64,000 nucleotides of DNA, from assembly GCA_963761305.1 (NCBI GenBank), contig CAVXGK010000001.1, positions 64,001 to 128,000 on the forward strand, in the 5' to 3' direction. The DNA comes from an uncultured Gemmatimonadaceae bacterium (lineage in GTDB: Bacteria > Gemmatimonadota > Gemmatimonadetes > Gemmatimonadales > Gemmatimonadaceae). The notes under the pieces were generated by a model. The model was not told the DNA's origin. It ran no database searches and worked only from the letters and a program-made list of their open reading frames with translations. Shown piece by piece: positions 21,079 through 30,268 of this stretch. The stretch's first letter is position 1. Each line of letters opens with the position of its first letter. The translations under genes were made by a program, and so were the position numbers.

Positions 21079-22878
21079 TTGAAGCTCGACCATATCCGCA
21101 ACTTCTGCATCGTCGCGCACATCGATCACGGCAAATCCACGCTGGCTGACCGGCTGATCGAAGCGACCGGGATGTTGCAGAAGCGGGAAATGAAGGAGCA
21201 GGTGCTCGATACGCTCGACCTCGAGCGTGAGCGCGGCATCACGATCAAGCTCAACGCCGTGCGCATGACGTACGCGGCGGCGAACGGCGAGCCGTACGAG
21301 CTCAACCTCATCGACACGCCCGGACACGTCGACTTCACATACGAGGTTTCGCGATCGCTCGCGGCGTGCGAAGGCGCGATTCTCGTCGTCGATGCGTCGC
21401 AGGGGATTCAGGCGCAGACGTTGTCGAACCTGTTCCTCGCGCTCGACGCCGGGCTCGAGATCATCCCGGTCCTCAACAAGATCGATCTGCCGGGCGCCGA
21501 GCCCGAGCGTCGCAAGCAAGAGGTGCACGACCTCATCGGTGCGAAGCCCGAAGAGATTCTCCTCGTGAGCGCGAAAGAAGGAATCGGCATCGGCGCACTC
21601 CTCGAGGCCATCGTGGCACGGGTGCCCGCTCCGAGCGGGGACCCATCGGCGCCGCTTCGCGCGCTGATCTTCGATTCGTACTATGACCGCTACCGCGGCG
21701 CGATTCCGAGCGTGCGCGTCGTGGACGGCGCCATTCGCCCCGGAATGCTCGTGACATTCGCCGCCGGCTCGGGCGACGCGTATGAGGTCGCCGAGGTGGG
21801 CTACAACCAGCTGCGGCAGGTCCAGACCGACGCGCTGGCAACGGGCGAGGTCGGGTACGTCGTCGCCAACGTGCGCAGTGTGCGTGAGACGCGCGCCGGC
21901 GACACGATCGTCGACGCGGCATCGCCAGGCGTCGAGGCGCTGCCGGGCTACAAGGACGTGCACTCGATGGTCTTCGCGGGGCTCTACCCGACGGACACCA
22001 CGCAGTACGAGACGCTGCGCGACGCGCTCGAGAAGCTGCAGCTCAACGATGCCTCCCTGCACTATCTCCCGGAGACGTCCACGGCGCTTGGCTTCGGATT
22101 CCGCTGCGGGTTCCTCGGCCTTCTGCACATGGAGATCGTCCAGGAGCGTCTCGAGCGCGAATTCGGGTTGGATCTCGTCACCACGGTGCCGAACGTCGAG
22201 TACCACGTGCATTTCACCGACGGCACGATGGAGCTGCTCGAGAGCCCGGCGAAGCTCGCCGATCCCGGTGTGATCGCCCGCATCGACGAGCCGTACGTGA
22301 AGGCGCGCATCATGGCGCCGGCCGACTACATCGGCCCGATCATGACGCTCGGCACGGAGCGACGCGGCGTCTACAAGAACATGACCTACCTCGACGCGTC
22401 GCGCGTTGAGTTCGACTGGGAGTTTCCGCTCTCCGAGATCATTCTCGACTTCTTCGACAAGTTGAAGACGATCAGCCGAGGCTATGCCAGCCTCGACTAT
22501 GAGATGCTCGATTATCGCGAAAGCTCACTCGTGCGACTGGACATGTTGATCAACGGCGATCCGGTGGACGCGTTCTCGGTGATCATCCACCGCGACAAGG
22601 CCTACGAGTGGGGACGGAAGATCGCCGACAAGCTCAAAGAGCTGATTCCCCGCCAACTGTTCGAGGTCGCGATCCAGGCGGCGATCGGCAACAAGGTGAT
22701 CGCGCGCACCACGGTGAAGGCGCTGCGCAAAGACGTGCTGGCGAAATGCTACGGCGGCGACATCACCCGCAAGCGCAAGCTGCTCGAGAAACAGAAGGAA
22801 GGAAAGAAGCGCATGAAGCAGGTCGGCGCCGTGGAGATTCCGCAGGAAGCGTTTCTGGCGGTGCTACAGGTGGATTGA
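21079..22878 (+). CDS. lepA: Elongation factor 4
   Basis: [57 protein letters not shown]. Confidence 0.99.
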   Translation: MKLDHIRNFCIVAHIDHGKSTLADRLIEATGMLQKREMKEQVLDTLDLERERGITIKLNAVRMTYAAANGEPYELNLIDTPGHVDFTYEVSRSLAACEGAILVVDASQGIQAQTLSNLFLALDAGLEIIPVLNKIDLPGAEPERRKQEVHDLIGAKPEEILLVSAKEGIGIGALLEAIVARVPAPSGDPSAPLRALIFDSYYDRYRGAIPSVRVVDGAIRPGMLVTFAAGSGDAYEVAEVGYNQLRQVQTDALATGEVGYVVANVRSVRETRAGDTIVDAASPGVEALPGYKDVHSMVFAGLYPTDTTQYETLRDALEKLQLNDASLHYLPETSTALGFGFRCGFLGLLHMEIVQERLEREFGLDLVTTVPNVEYHVHFTDGTMELLESPAKLADPGVIARIDEPYVKARIMAPADYIGPIMTLGTERRGVYKNMTYLDASRVEFDWEFPLSEIILDFFDKLKTISRGYASLDYEMLDYRESSLVRLDMLINGDPVDAFSVIIHRDKAYEWGRKIADKLKELIPRQLFEVAIQAAIGNKVIARTTVKALRKDVLAKCYGGDITRKRKLLEKQKEGKKRMKQVGAVEIPQEAFLAVLQVD

Positions 22879-22938
22879 CGCTACCGGCGTACTTCGTGCA
22901 GCGCACGAACACCCACACTGTCTGTCGGAGGCACGACA

Positions 22939-23514
22939 ATGGGTTTCGAAACGCTACGCGATTTGTACATCGACAACATTCGGGATCTCTACAGCTCTGA
23001 GGCGCAGATCCTGGACGCGCTGCCCAAGATGATCGACAAAGCGACGCACGTCCGTCTGCGCGACGGCTTCCAGGAACATCTCGAGCAGACTCGACAGCAC
23101 GCCGCGCGACTCGAGCAGATCGCCCGCCGACTCAACGAGCCGCCCGCGGGCAAGACGTGCAAAGGAATGGCTGGCGTCCTCAAGGAGGGCGACGAGGTCC
23201 TCAAGGACGACGGTGACGAGGACGTGGTCGACGCGGCCCTCATCGCGGCCGCGCAGCGCGTCGAGCACTACGAGATCGCGGCCTACGGCTGCGCTCGCAC
23301 GTTCGCACAGGCGCTGGGCTTCGACGAAGACGCGGCCCTCCTGCAGCAGACGCTCGACGAAGAAGGCGAGACGAACAAGAAGTTGACGCAGATCGCGGAA
23401 AGCGTCGTTAATCCCGACGCGCAGAAGGGGATCGTCGTCGAACGGGAAATCACGTCGACGCCCATTCGCGAGCGCGGCTTCGGTCGCGAGCGCGATTCAG
23501 AAGTCCGGCCATAG
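22939..23514 (+). CDS. YciF/DUF892 ferritin-like protein
   Basis: DLYSSEAQ, HLEQT, CKGMAG, AQRVEHYEIAAYG, TLDEEGET. Confidence 0.92.
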   Translation: MGFETLRDLYIDNIRDLYSSEAQILDALPKMIDKATHVRLRDGFQEHLEQTRQHAARLEQIARRLNEPPAGKTCKGMAGVLKEGDEVLKDDGDEDVVDAALIAAAQRVEHYEIAAYGCARTFAQALGFDEDAALLQQTLDEEGETNKKLTQIAESVVNPDAQKGIVVEREITSTPIRERGFGRERDSEVRP

Positions 23515-23588
23515 ACAGCTGGACGGCCTGACGGCTTGACGGCTTGACGGCCGTCAGGCTGTCCACCGGTCCACGGTCCACCGGTCAG
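23515..23588. repeat. GACGGCTT/GGTCCACC short-repeat hairpin between convergent genes
   Basis: gacggcctgacggcttgacggcttgacggccgtcagg followed by gtccaccggtccacggtccaccgg. Confidence 0.65.
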
Positions 23589-23989
23589 CCCGCGACGCTA
23601 TCCGTCCGGCTCGCGCTATCGCCTCTCGTCGACGCGAGCGCGAGACCAAAGATGATCGCCAGCACGAAGTGCAGGGCGAGCCCGGGCCACGCCGCGCCCG
23701 GGAGCGCCTGCCTCAGCACCTCCACGCCGTTCACCACGAGCTCGGCGACCTGCACGAAGAGGTTGGCGATCAGGATCGCGCGGAGGCCGACACCGTCGGC
23801 GTCGCGGCCGAGCCAATTGAGAACCGCGAGGCCAAGCAGCAACACGCCGACGTCGCGACTGAGAAGGATTCCGTCGCCGTGCGCGTCGAGGCCCGACGCC
23901 TCGAGCATTTTCGACGGTGCAGCGATGAGCATGAGGCCGAAGAACAACGCGGTGACCGCGCCGATGACGAGTGCGACCTTGGGCTTCAC
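23585..23989 (-). CDS. Hypothetical 4-TM membrane protein
   Basis: Four hydrophobic segments, GGAG upstream of GTG. Confidence 0.7.
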   Translation of the reverse strand: MKPKVALVIGAVTALFFGLMLIAAPSKMLEASGLDAHGDGILLSRDVGVLLLGLAVLNWLGRDADGVGLRAILIANLFVQVAELVVNGVEVLRQALPGAAWPGLALHFVLAIIFGLALASTRGDSASRTDSVAG

Positions 23990-24187
23990 CGCAGAATTCT
24001 CCGAGAGAGAGCGATAAGGATCTTTCGTCTTGGAACCGGGCGCAACCGCTCGCGAACGCGCGACTCTCGCTGATGTTCCTTCGCACTGCAGGGCATGGCG
24101 ATTGCGGCGCCAACCGCACTGCGCAACCGCTCGGCGCCGCCTGGCTTCGAGCGTCCCTCAGCACGGCGAACCACGAGGAGAATCGAG

Positions 24188-24826
24188 ATGACCGACGACA
24201 GAGACTACATGCGCGACGAAAATCCGCATCAGGGCGCCAGTCACAGCTTCGGCAAGAACATCGGCACGTCGGACACGACGACGGATCGCGAGCGGTCGAT
24301 CGCGTCGGGTCGCGAGGGAGCGCGCTCCACGACGCCCGCGGGGAAATCCACCACGCCCGGACGAGGATCGTTCACGCTGATGCACCGCCTCTCCGAGGAC
24401 ATGGACCGTCTGTTCGAGAATCTCGGATTTGGCCGAGCGGTGTCGTCGATCGCCGACCGCAACCTGTGGGGCGGCAAGTCGGGTGAGGCCGAAGCGTCGT
24501 GGCTCCCGCAAGTCGAGACGTTCCGGCGGGGCGACCAGCTCGTCGTGCGCGCGGACCTGCCCGGCGCGAAACGGGAAGACGTGAAGGCGGAGATCGACAA
24601 CGGCGTGCTCACGATCTCCGGCCATCGCACGTCGGAGCGTGAAGACGACCGCGATGATTTCTATCGGAGCGAACGGAGCTACGGCTCGTTCTACCGGGCA
24701 ATTCCGCTTCCCGAGGGCGTCGAGTCTGACAATTGCGAGGCGACCTTCAAGGACGGCGTCCTCGAAGTCACGCTGCCCGCACCGAGACTCGCAGAGCGTC
24801 GCGCGCGTCAGATCCAGATTCGGTGA
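24188..24826 (+). CDS. Hsp20/alpha-crystallin small heat-shock protein
   Basis: RADLPG, NGVLTISG, ERSYGSFYRAIPLP, FKDGVLEV; GAGGAG RBS. Confidence 0.95.
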   Translation: MTDDRDYMRDENPHQGASHSFGKNIGTSDTTTDRERSIASGREGARSTTPAGKSTTPGRGSFTLMHRLSEDMDRLFENLGFGRAVSSIADRNLWGGKSGEAEASWLPQVETFRRGDQLVVRADLPGAKREDVKAEIDNGVLTISGHRTSEREDDRDDFYRSERSYGSFYRAIPLPEGVESDNCEATFKDGVLEVTLPAPRLAERRARQIQIR

Positions 24827-24863
24827 CGACGGAGCCGCGACGCAATTCAGGGAGGATGCAGTC

Positions 24864-25358
24864 ATGCCGGAACGCCAAACGATCCAGCGAGCGCGTCGCG
24901 ACGCGGCGCGAGGCAGATCGCCGTCGACGCAGGCGGGCGAGTTCGTCCGCGAAGAGATGCACCACGTCCGCGAAGGCAAACATGGCGCGCGATCGACGAA
25001 GCAGGCGATCGCCATCGGGTTGTCGAAGGCGCGACGCTCCGGCGTCAAGCTCGCCGCGAGCAAGACCAGCTCCGCGCGGACGCGGACGCAGGCGAAGCGG
25101 GATCTCGCCAAGGGAAAGAAACGCAATCGCAAGACGTCGCCAGTTCGCTCGCGAGCCGTGAAGGGCGCGCTCCGGCGCGAAGGTCACAGCGCCGCGTCAC
25201 GCAAGGCGCTCAGCCGTCAGGCGCACGCAGCCGCACGACGCCGGAGCGCGTCGGCACGTTCGGCGTCGGCGCGTCAGGCGGCGCGGACCAAAGGCAGGGG
25301 CCTCCGGGCAGCCGCCGCGAGAAAAGCGGCACGTACTCGCGCCCGGCATGCGCGGTAA
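24864..25358 (+). CDS. Basic Arg/Ala-rich protein (DUF6496-like, putative DNA-binding)
   Basis: SPSTQAGEFVREEMHH..KQAIAIGLSKARR; GGGAGG RBS. Confidence 0.8.
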   Translation: MPERQTIQRARRDAARGRSPSTQAGEFVREEMHHVREGKHGARSTKQAIAIGLSKARRSGVKLAASKTSSARTRTQAKRDLAKGKKRNRKTSPVRSRAVKGALRREGHSAASRKALSRQAHAAARRRSASARSASARQAARTKGRGLRAAAARKAARTRARHAR

Positions 25359-25374
25359 GTCGTAGTCGGTCGAA

Positions 25375-25650
25375 CTAGTCGCGCTTGAACGCGTGCTTGA
25401 GCTCAGCCTTCGCTCGCTCGAGCACGCGTCGCTGCGACAGCCCCAAGTTGGTCCCGGCGCGATTGACGTAGAACGTCAACATCGACATCGCCGATCGGTA
25501 CGGATCACTCTTCCGCCGCCCGCTGCGCTCGGCCGATCGCTTGAGCGACCGTGCGATGCGTTTCGGATCCTTCCACGTGAACACGCCGCGGTCCAGATCG
25601 AGCGCATTGCTCTCCCGGGTGACGCGCGCGGACCAGCGTTTGGGTGCCAT
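25375..25650 (-). CDS. DUF3175 family protein
   Basis: RWSARVT..SNALDL..IARSLKRSA..SAMSMLTFYVNRAG. Confidence 0.85.
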   Translation of the reverse strand: MAPKRWSARVTRESNALDLDRGVFTWKDPKRIARSLKRSAERSGRRKSDPYRSAMSMLTFYVNRAGTNLGLSQRRVLERAKAELKHAFKRD

Positions 25651-25821
25651 GGTGGGCGGGTGGACGGGTGGACGGGTGGACCGGTGGACCGGTGGACCGG
25701 TCTAACGTCGCAACTCACGCGCCTTCCTCGCCGTTTTCGCCCCTCGTCACCTTCGATCTTTGTTACCTTCGCTCTTCGTTACTTCGCCGTTCGTCACCTT
25801 CGCTCTTCGTTACCTTCGCCC
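25651..25821 (+). repeat. Compound repeat, copy 1: GGTGGAC(G/C) 8-mer array plus ~5 x 16-bp TTYGTTACCTTCGCTC array
   Basis: Direct reading; same two-part layout at 30091-30257. Confidence 0.75.
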
Positions 25822-25829
25822 TTTCAAGT

Positions 25830-27161
25830 TTGCTCTTCGACGTCGTGATCATCGGCGCCGGCTCCTCCGGCCTCGCTTGCGCTTCTAAGCTGCGCCAAGC
25901 GGGCCGCTCGGTCGTCGTGCTCGAGGCTCGTTCACGACTCGGCGGACGGATTCTCACCGAGCACCCGGCGGACCTCGAGGTCCCGATCGAGCTGGGCGCG
26001 GAGTTCATCCACGGCGAGGCGGAGCCGATCCGCGAGTTGGCGGCCGAGCATCATCTGGCGACGGTCGATATCGCGTCGCATCGCCTGATTCGCTCGAATG
26101 GACGACTCGTGGCGCGAGACGATTTCTGGACGCGCATCGGGCGAGCCATGCGGCGCCTCGACGCGCATCGTGATCCCGACCGCTCTTTCGCCGACGCGCT
26201 GGCGGCGAATCGATCGTTGACCGCCCTCGATCGAACGGCGGCTCGATCGTACGTCGAAGGCTACCACGCCGCGGACACGACGATCATCAGCGAACGCGCG
26301 CTGGCCGACGGCGGATGGCCGGACGGCGACGTGCGCGAAGAGCGCATCGGACGCGTGCTCGCCGGATACGACGCTCTCGTCGAGCGGCTGGCGGACCCGG
26401 TGCGCGCCGACGTGCGCCTCGAGACGATCGCGTCGAGCGTTCGGTGGAGCGACGGTCGCGTGGAGGTCGAGTGCCGCAACGTCGCCGGAGCGGCGGCCGG
26501 AACGTTCGCCGGCCGCAAGCTGGTCGTCACCGTGCCCGCTGGCGTGCTGGCCGCTCCTGACGACGCCGTGGGCGCGATCAGGTTCGATCCACAACTGCCG
26601 GCGTCGATCGCGCAAGCGATCGGCCTCACGGCGATGGGTTCCGTTGTGCGACTGGTGCTGCGATTCAAGCACGCGTTCTGGCGCGACGAGAAGACGGCGC
26701 GTCGGCTCGGCGTGCCGAATCTCGACGAGCTGTCGTTCATGCAGTCGCGGGATCGACTGCCCTTCCCCGTCTGGTGGACGTTGTATCCGGTGAACTCACC
26801 GGTGCTCGTCGCGTGGGTCGGCGGACCGACCGCGAGCGCGTTGTCGCGGCTGACGGTCGAAGAGCTCGAGACGCGAGCGATCTCGTCGCTCGCCGCGCTG
26901 CTCGAGATGAAGACGGCCACGCTACGACGCGAGCTCGTCGCGACGTTCCATCACGATTGGATGAACGATCCATTTTCGCGAGGCGCGTACTCTTACTCGC
27001 GCGTCGGCGGCGCCGACGCGTGCGCGAAACTGAGCCGTCCCGTGCGCAATACAATCTGGTTCGCCGGTGAGGCCGCTGATCGGCTCGGCCGCACCGGCAC
27101 CGTCCACGGCGCCATCGATTCAGGATGGCGCGTGGCCGGCGAGATCATTCGCCGCGGGTGA
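25830..27161 (+). CDS. Flavin-dependent amine oxidase family protein
   Basis: DVVIIGAGSSGL, EARSRLGGRI, ELGAEFIHG, SRGAYS, FAGEA, GTVHGAIDSG; TTG start inferred. Confidence 0.92.
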   Translation: MLFDVVIIGAGSSGLACASKLRQAGRSVVVLEARSRLGGRILTEHPADLEVPIELGAEFIHGEAEPIRELAAEHHLATVDIASHRLIRSNGRLVARDDFWTRIGRAMRRLDAHRDPDRSFADALAANRSLTALDRTAARSYVEGYHAADTTIISERALADGGWPDGDVREERIGRVLAGYDALVERLADPVRADVRLETIASSVRWSDGRVEVECRNVAGAAAGTFAGRKLVVTVPAGVLAAPDDAVGAIRFDPQLPASIAQAIGLTAMGSVVRLVLRFKHAFWRDEKTARRLGVPNLDELSFMQSRDRLPFPVWWTLYPVNSPVLVAWVGGPTASALSRLTVEELETRAISSLAALLEMKTATLRRELVATFHHDWMNDPFSRGAYSYSRVGGADACAKLSRPVRNTIWFAGEAADRLGRTGTVHGAIDSGWRVAGEIIRRG

Positions 27162-27163
27162 CG

Positions 27164-27313
27164 TCAGACTGGGCGACGGCCCTGAATGACGCGAAGCAGA
27201 ACGGCGACGACCGCGATGACGAGCAGCAGGTGAATCAGCCCACCACCGACGTGGAACGCGAGAAACCCGAGCGCCCAGAGAATTATGAGTACGACGGCCA
27301 ACGTGTATAGCAT
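27164..27313 (-). CDS. lmo0937-family small membrane protein (49 aa)
   Basis: Translated by eye: MLYTLAVVLIILWALGFLAFHVGGGLIHLLLVIAVVAVLLRVIQGRRPV; GAGGA upstream; below ORF-track cutoff. Confidence 0.85.
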   Translation of the reverse strand: MLYTLAVVLIILWALGFLAFHVGGGLIHLLLVIAVVAVLLRVIQGRRPV

Positions 27314-27325
27314 CATCCCGTCCTC

Positions 27326-28021
27326 GTGAGTTCGACGCATCCCAAGGGCAACAGTCGTACCGAGCCGGTGCGCGCTACCGGCCGCGACCGCAGCGCGACG
27401 ACCGGAACGGCGGCGGACTTCGTCCCTTCACGACCGACGCTGACCAAGCTGCGCGCCGCGGTGCAGGGCTGCCGCGGCTGCTCGCTCTACGCCTCGGCGA
27501 CGCAAGCCGTGTTCGGCGAAGGACCGAAGACCGCGAAGCTCGTCGTCATCGGCGAACAGCCGGGCGACGCCGAAGATCGCGCGGGCAGCCCGTTCGTAGG
27601 CCCGTCCGGACTGCTGCTCGATCGCGCGTTCGAGGCCGCGGGCATCGACCGCGACCAAGTCTACGTGACGAACGCGGTCAAACATTTCAAATGGGCGCGC
27701 GACCGGCGTACCACGCGTCGCTTGCACAAAACGCCGACCGTCGGCGAGGTGCGCGCCTGCCGCCCGTGGCTCGAGGCCGAGCTGGCACTCATCCGCCCGC
27801 AGGCGATCCTCTGCCTCGGCGCGACGGCCGCGAAAGCGGTGTTGGGCCCGACCTTCAGCGTGATGAAGCGGCGCGGGACGCCGCTCGAATCGGAACTCGC
27901 GCCGACCGCGTTCGCCACCGTACACCCGTCGGCGGTGCTGCGCGCTCCAAAGGGCGAACGAGCCGCCGCGGAGCGTAGATTCTTCGACGACATCATGCGA
28001 GTCGCACGACACATGCGCTGA
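27326..28021 (+). CDS. udgX: UdgX-family uracil-DNA binding protein (family-4 UDG-like)
   Basis: CRGC, GEQPG, PFVGPSG, TNAVKHFK, RRLHKTP loop, HPSAVLR. Confidence 0.85.
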   Translation: MSSTHPKGNSRTEPVRATGRDRSATTGTAADFVPSRPTLTKLRAAVQGCRGCSLYASATQAVFGEGPKTAKLVVIGEQPGDAEDRAGSPFVGPSGLLLDRAFEAAGIDRDQVYVTNAVKHFKWARDRRTTRRLHKTPTVGEVRACRPWLEAELALIRPQAILCLGATAAKAVLGPTFSVMKRRGTPLESELAPTAFATVHPSAVLRAPKGERAAAERRFFDDIMRVARHMR

Positions 28022-28059
28022 GTGGACTTGGCGCGGCGCGACCGACATACTCCTCGCCC

Positions 28060-29076
28060 TTGCCCGCCTTTCTCGTCGTTCAAACCAGCTTTCTTGGTGA
28101 CATGATTCTCACCACCCCGCTCCTCGCCCGTTTGGCGACGGAGGGGACGGTGGACGTCGTGTGCACGCCGGCGGCGAGCGGTCTCCTGGCGAATCATCCC
28201 GCGGTGCGCGAGGTGATCGTCTACGACAAGCGCGGCGCCGACCGCGGGATCACGGGCTTCGCCAAACTCGGCGGGTCGCTGTACAAACGACGCTACGACG
28301 CCGCGTTTCTCGCCCAGGGCTCGGTGCGCAGCGGGGCGCTCACGCTGATCGCCAGAATCCCCGAGCGCGTCGGCTTTGCGACGTCGGCGGGACGGGCGTT
28401 CTACACGACGAGAGTCGTCTCGCGAGACGGTGAACATCACGCGTCGCGCCTCCTTTCGCTCGCCAGTCGCGGCGCCAGTGACGCGACTGAAGACGCGCAC
28501 CCACGCCCGACACTCTACCCGGGCGACACAGAACGCGCGGCCGTCGACGCCGTGCTGCGCGGCGTCGCGCCAGACGAGCCGCTCATCGTGCTCGCGCCCG
28601 GCAGCGTCTGGGCCACGAAGCGTTGGCCCTACTACCCCGAGCTCGCGCGTCTGCTCGGCGCCGACGCGCACATCGTCGTCGTCGGCTCGGAGGCGGACAG
28701 GCCGCTTGCCCACGCGATCGCCGACGCGACGGGCGGACGGGCGATCGACGCGACGGGGCGCTTGTCGCTGCTGGCGTCAGCCGAAATGATCGGTCGCGCA
28801 CGGTTGCTGGTGACCAACGACTCGGCGCCGCTGCATCTCGCGTCGGCCATGAACACGCCGACGCTCGCCGTCTTCGGGCCAACGGTGCCGGCGTTCGGTT
28901 TCGGCCCGCTGGCCGAGCGTTCGGCCATCGCCCAGGTCGAAGGCCTCGACTGCCGCCCCTGCGACCGGCATGGTCCGCGGCGCTGCCCCCTCGGACATTG
29001 GCGCTGTATGCGCGAGATTACTGCCGGCGACGCGGCCGGTTTGGCGCATGCCCTTCTCGTCTCGCGGAGCTCCTGA
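28060..29076 (+). CDS. waaF: LPS heptosyltransferase II (GT9)
   Basis: QTSFLGDMILTTP, PGSVWATKRWP, TNDSAPLHLA, FGPT. Confidence 0.88.
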   Translation: MPAFLVVQTSFLGDMILTTPLLARLATEGTVDVVCTPAASGLLANHPAVREVIVYDKRGADRGITGFAKLGGSLYKRRYDAAFLAQGSVRSGALTLIARIPERVGFATSAGRAFYTTRVVSRDGEHHASRLLSLASRGASDATEDAHPRPTLYPGDTERAAVDAVLRGVAPDEPLIVLAPGSVWATKRWPYYPELARLLGADAHIVVVGSEADRPLAHAIADATGGRAIDATGRLSLLASAEMIGRARLLVTNDSAPLHLASAMNTPTLAVFGPTVPAFGFGPLAERSAIAQVEGLDCRPCDRHGPRRCPLGHWRCMREITAGDAAGLAHALLVSRSS

Positions 29077-29079
29077 GTC

Positions 29080-30123
29080 ATGGCGATACCGACCAAGTCG
29101 TCGGCCACCACGAAGGCGAAGCAGTACATCATCGGCGTGGATCTCGGCGGCACCAACATCGTCGTCGGCGCGATGTCGGCCGACGGCAAGCAGCATTTCG
29201 CCATGCGCTCGATTCCGACGAGTTCCGAGTCGGGCGCCGAAGCGGTCGCCGATCGCATCGTCGGACTGATCGAGGAAGTGATCCAAGCGACGATGGCCGA
29301 GACGCACGCGTCGCGCGACGATTTCCTCGGCGTGGGCATCGGCGCGCCGGGTCCGCTCGACCGCGAGAAAGGCATCGTCATCGTCGCGCCAAACCTCGGC
29401 TGGCGGAACTTCCCGCTTCGCAACCTCGTCGCCGAGAAGCTGAATTTGCCCGCGACGCTGGACAACGACGCCAACTGCGCGACGGTCGGTGAATGGTGGC
29501 AAGGCGCCGCGCAGGGCGCGACGAACGTCATCGGGATGACGATCGGCACCGGCATCGGCGGCGGGTTGATCATCGACGGCAAGCTCTTTCACGGCTCGTC
29601 GGACGTCGCCGGCGAGATCGGCCACACGACCATCGATCTCAACGGCCGCCACTGCAAATGCGGCAACTACGGCTGTCTCGAGGCGTACGCGTCGGGTCCG
29701 GCGATCGCCACGCGCGCCCGCGAGGTGCTGGTCCGCGAAGAGACCGCGTCGCTCCTCCCCGCCATGGTGGACGGCCGGTTGGAATCCATCACGGCGGAGA
29801 CGGTGTACAAGGCGGCTCAGCAGGGCGACGCCGTCGCCAACGAGATCGTGCGCGACACCGCGCGCTACCTCGGCGCCGGCATCGCGAATCTCCTCAACAT
29901 CGTGAATGCCGACGTAGTGGTGGTCGCCGGCGGCGTGACGCAGGCGGGCGATACACTGTTCACGCCCATGCGAGCCGAAGTCCGCCGCCGCGCCTTTCGG
30001 CCGGCCGTAGATGCCGCCCGCATCGTCCCGGGAGCCCTCCCGGGGACCGCAGGCGTCGTGGGCGCCGTGGCGACGTTCAAGATGCAGCATGGCGGGTGGA
30101 CGGGTGGACAGGTGGAGGGGTAG
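29080..30123 (+). CDS. ROK family sugar kinase (glucokinase-like)
   Basis: GVDLGGT, DNDANCA, GTGIGGG, GEIGH, CKCGNYGCLE. Confidence 0.95.
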   Translation: MAIPTKSSATTKAKQYIIGVDLGGTNIVVGAMSADGKQHFAMRSIPTSSESGAEAVADRIVGLIEEVIQATMAETHASRDDFLGVGIGAPGPLDREKGIVIVAPNLGWRNFPLRNLVAEKLNLPATLDNDANCATVGEWWQGAAQGATNVIGMTIGTGIGGGLIIDGKLFHGSSDVAGEIGHTTIDLNGRHCKCGNYGCLEAYASGPAIATRAREVLVREETASLLPAMVDGRLESITAETVYKAAQQGDAVANEIVRDTARYLGAGIANLLNIVNADVVVVAGGVTQAGDTLFTPMRAEVRRRAFRPAVDAARIVPGALPGTAGVVGAVATFKMQHGGWTGGQVEG

Positions 30124-30257
30124 ACCGGTGGACCGGTGGATCGCGCTCGCTGTTCTCGCCGTTTGTTAGCTTCGCCCTTTGTTAGCTTCGCTCTTTGTTA
30201 GTTTCGCTCTTTGTTAGCTTCGATTTTCGTTAGTTTCGCTCTTCGTTCGTTTCGCCC
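30091..30257 (+). repeat. Compound repeat, copy 2: GGTGGAC 8-mer array plus 6 x 16-bp TTTGTTAGCTTCGCTC array
   Basis: 16-bp units from 30162 to 30257; the 8-mer part overlaps the ROK 3' end. Confidence 0.8.
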
Positions 30258-30268
30258 TCCGCTCTTCC

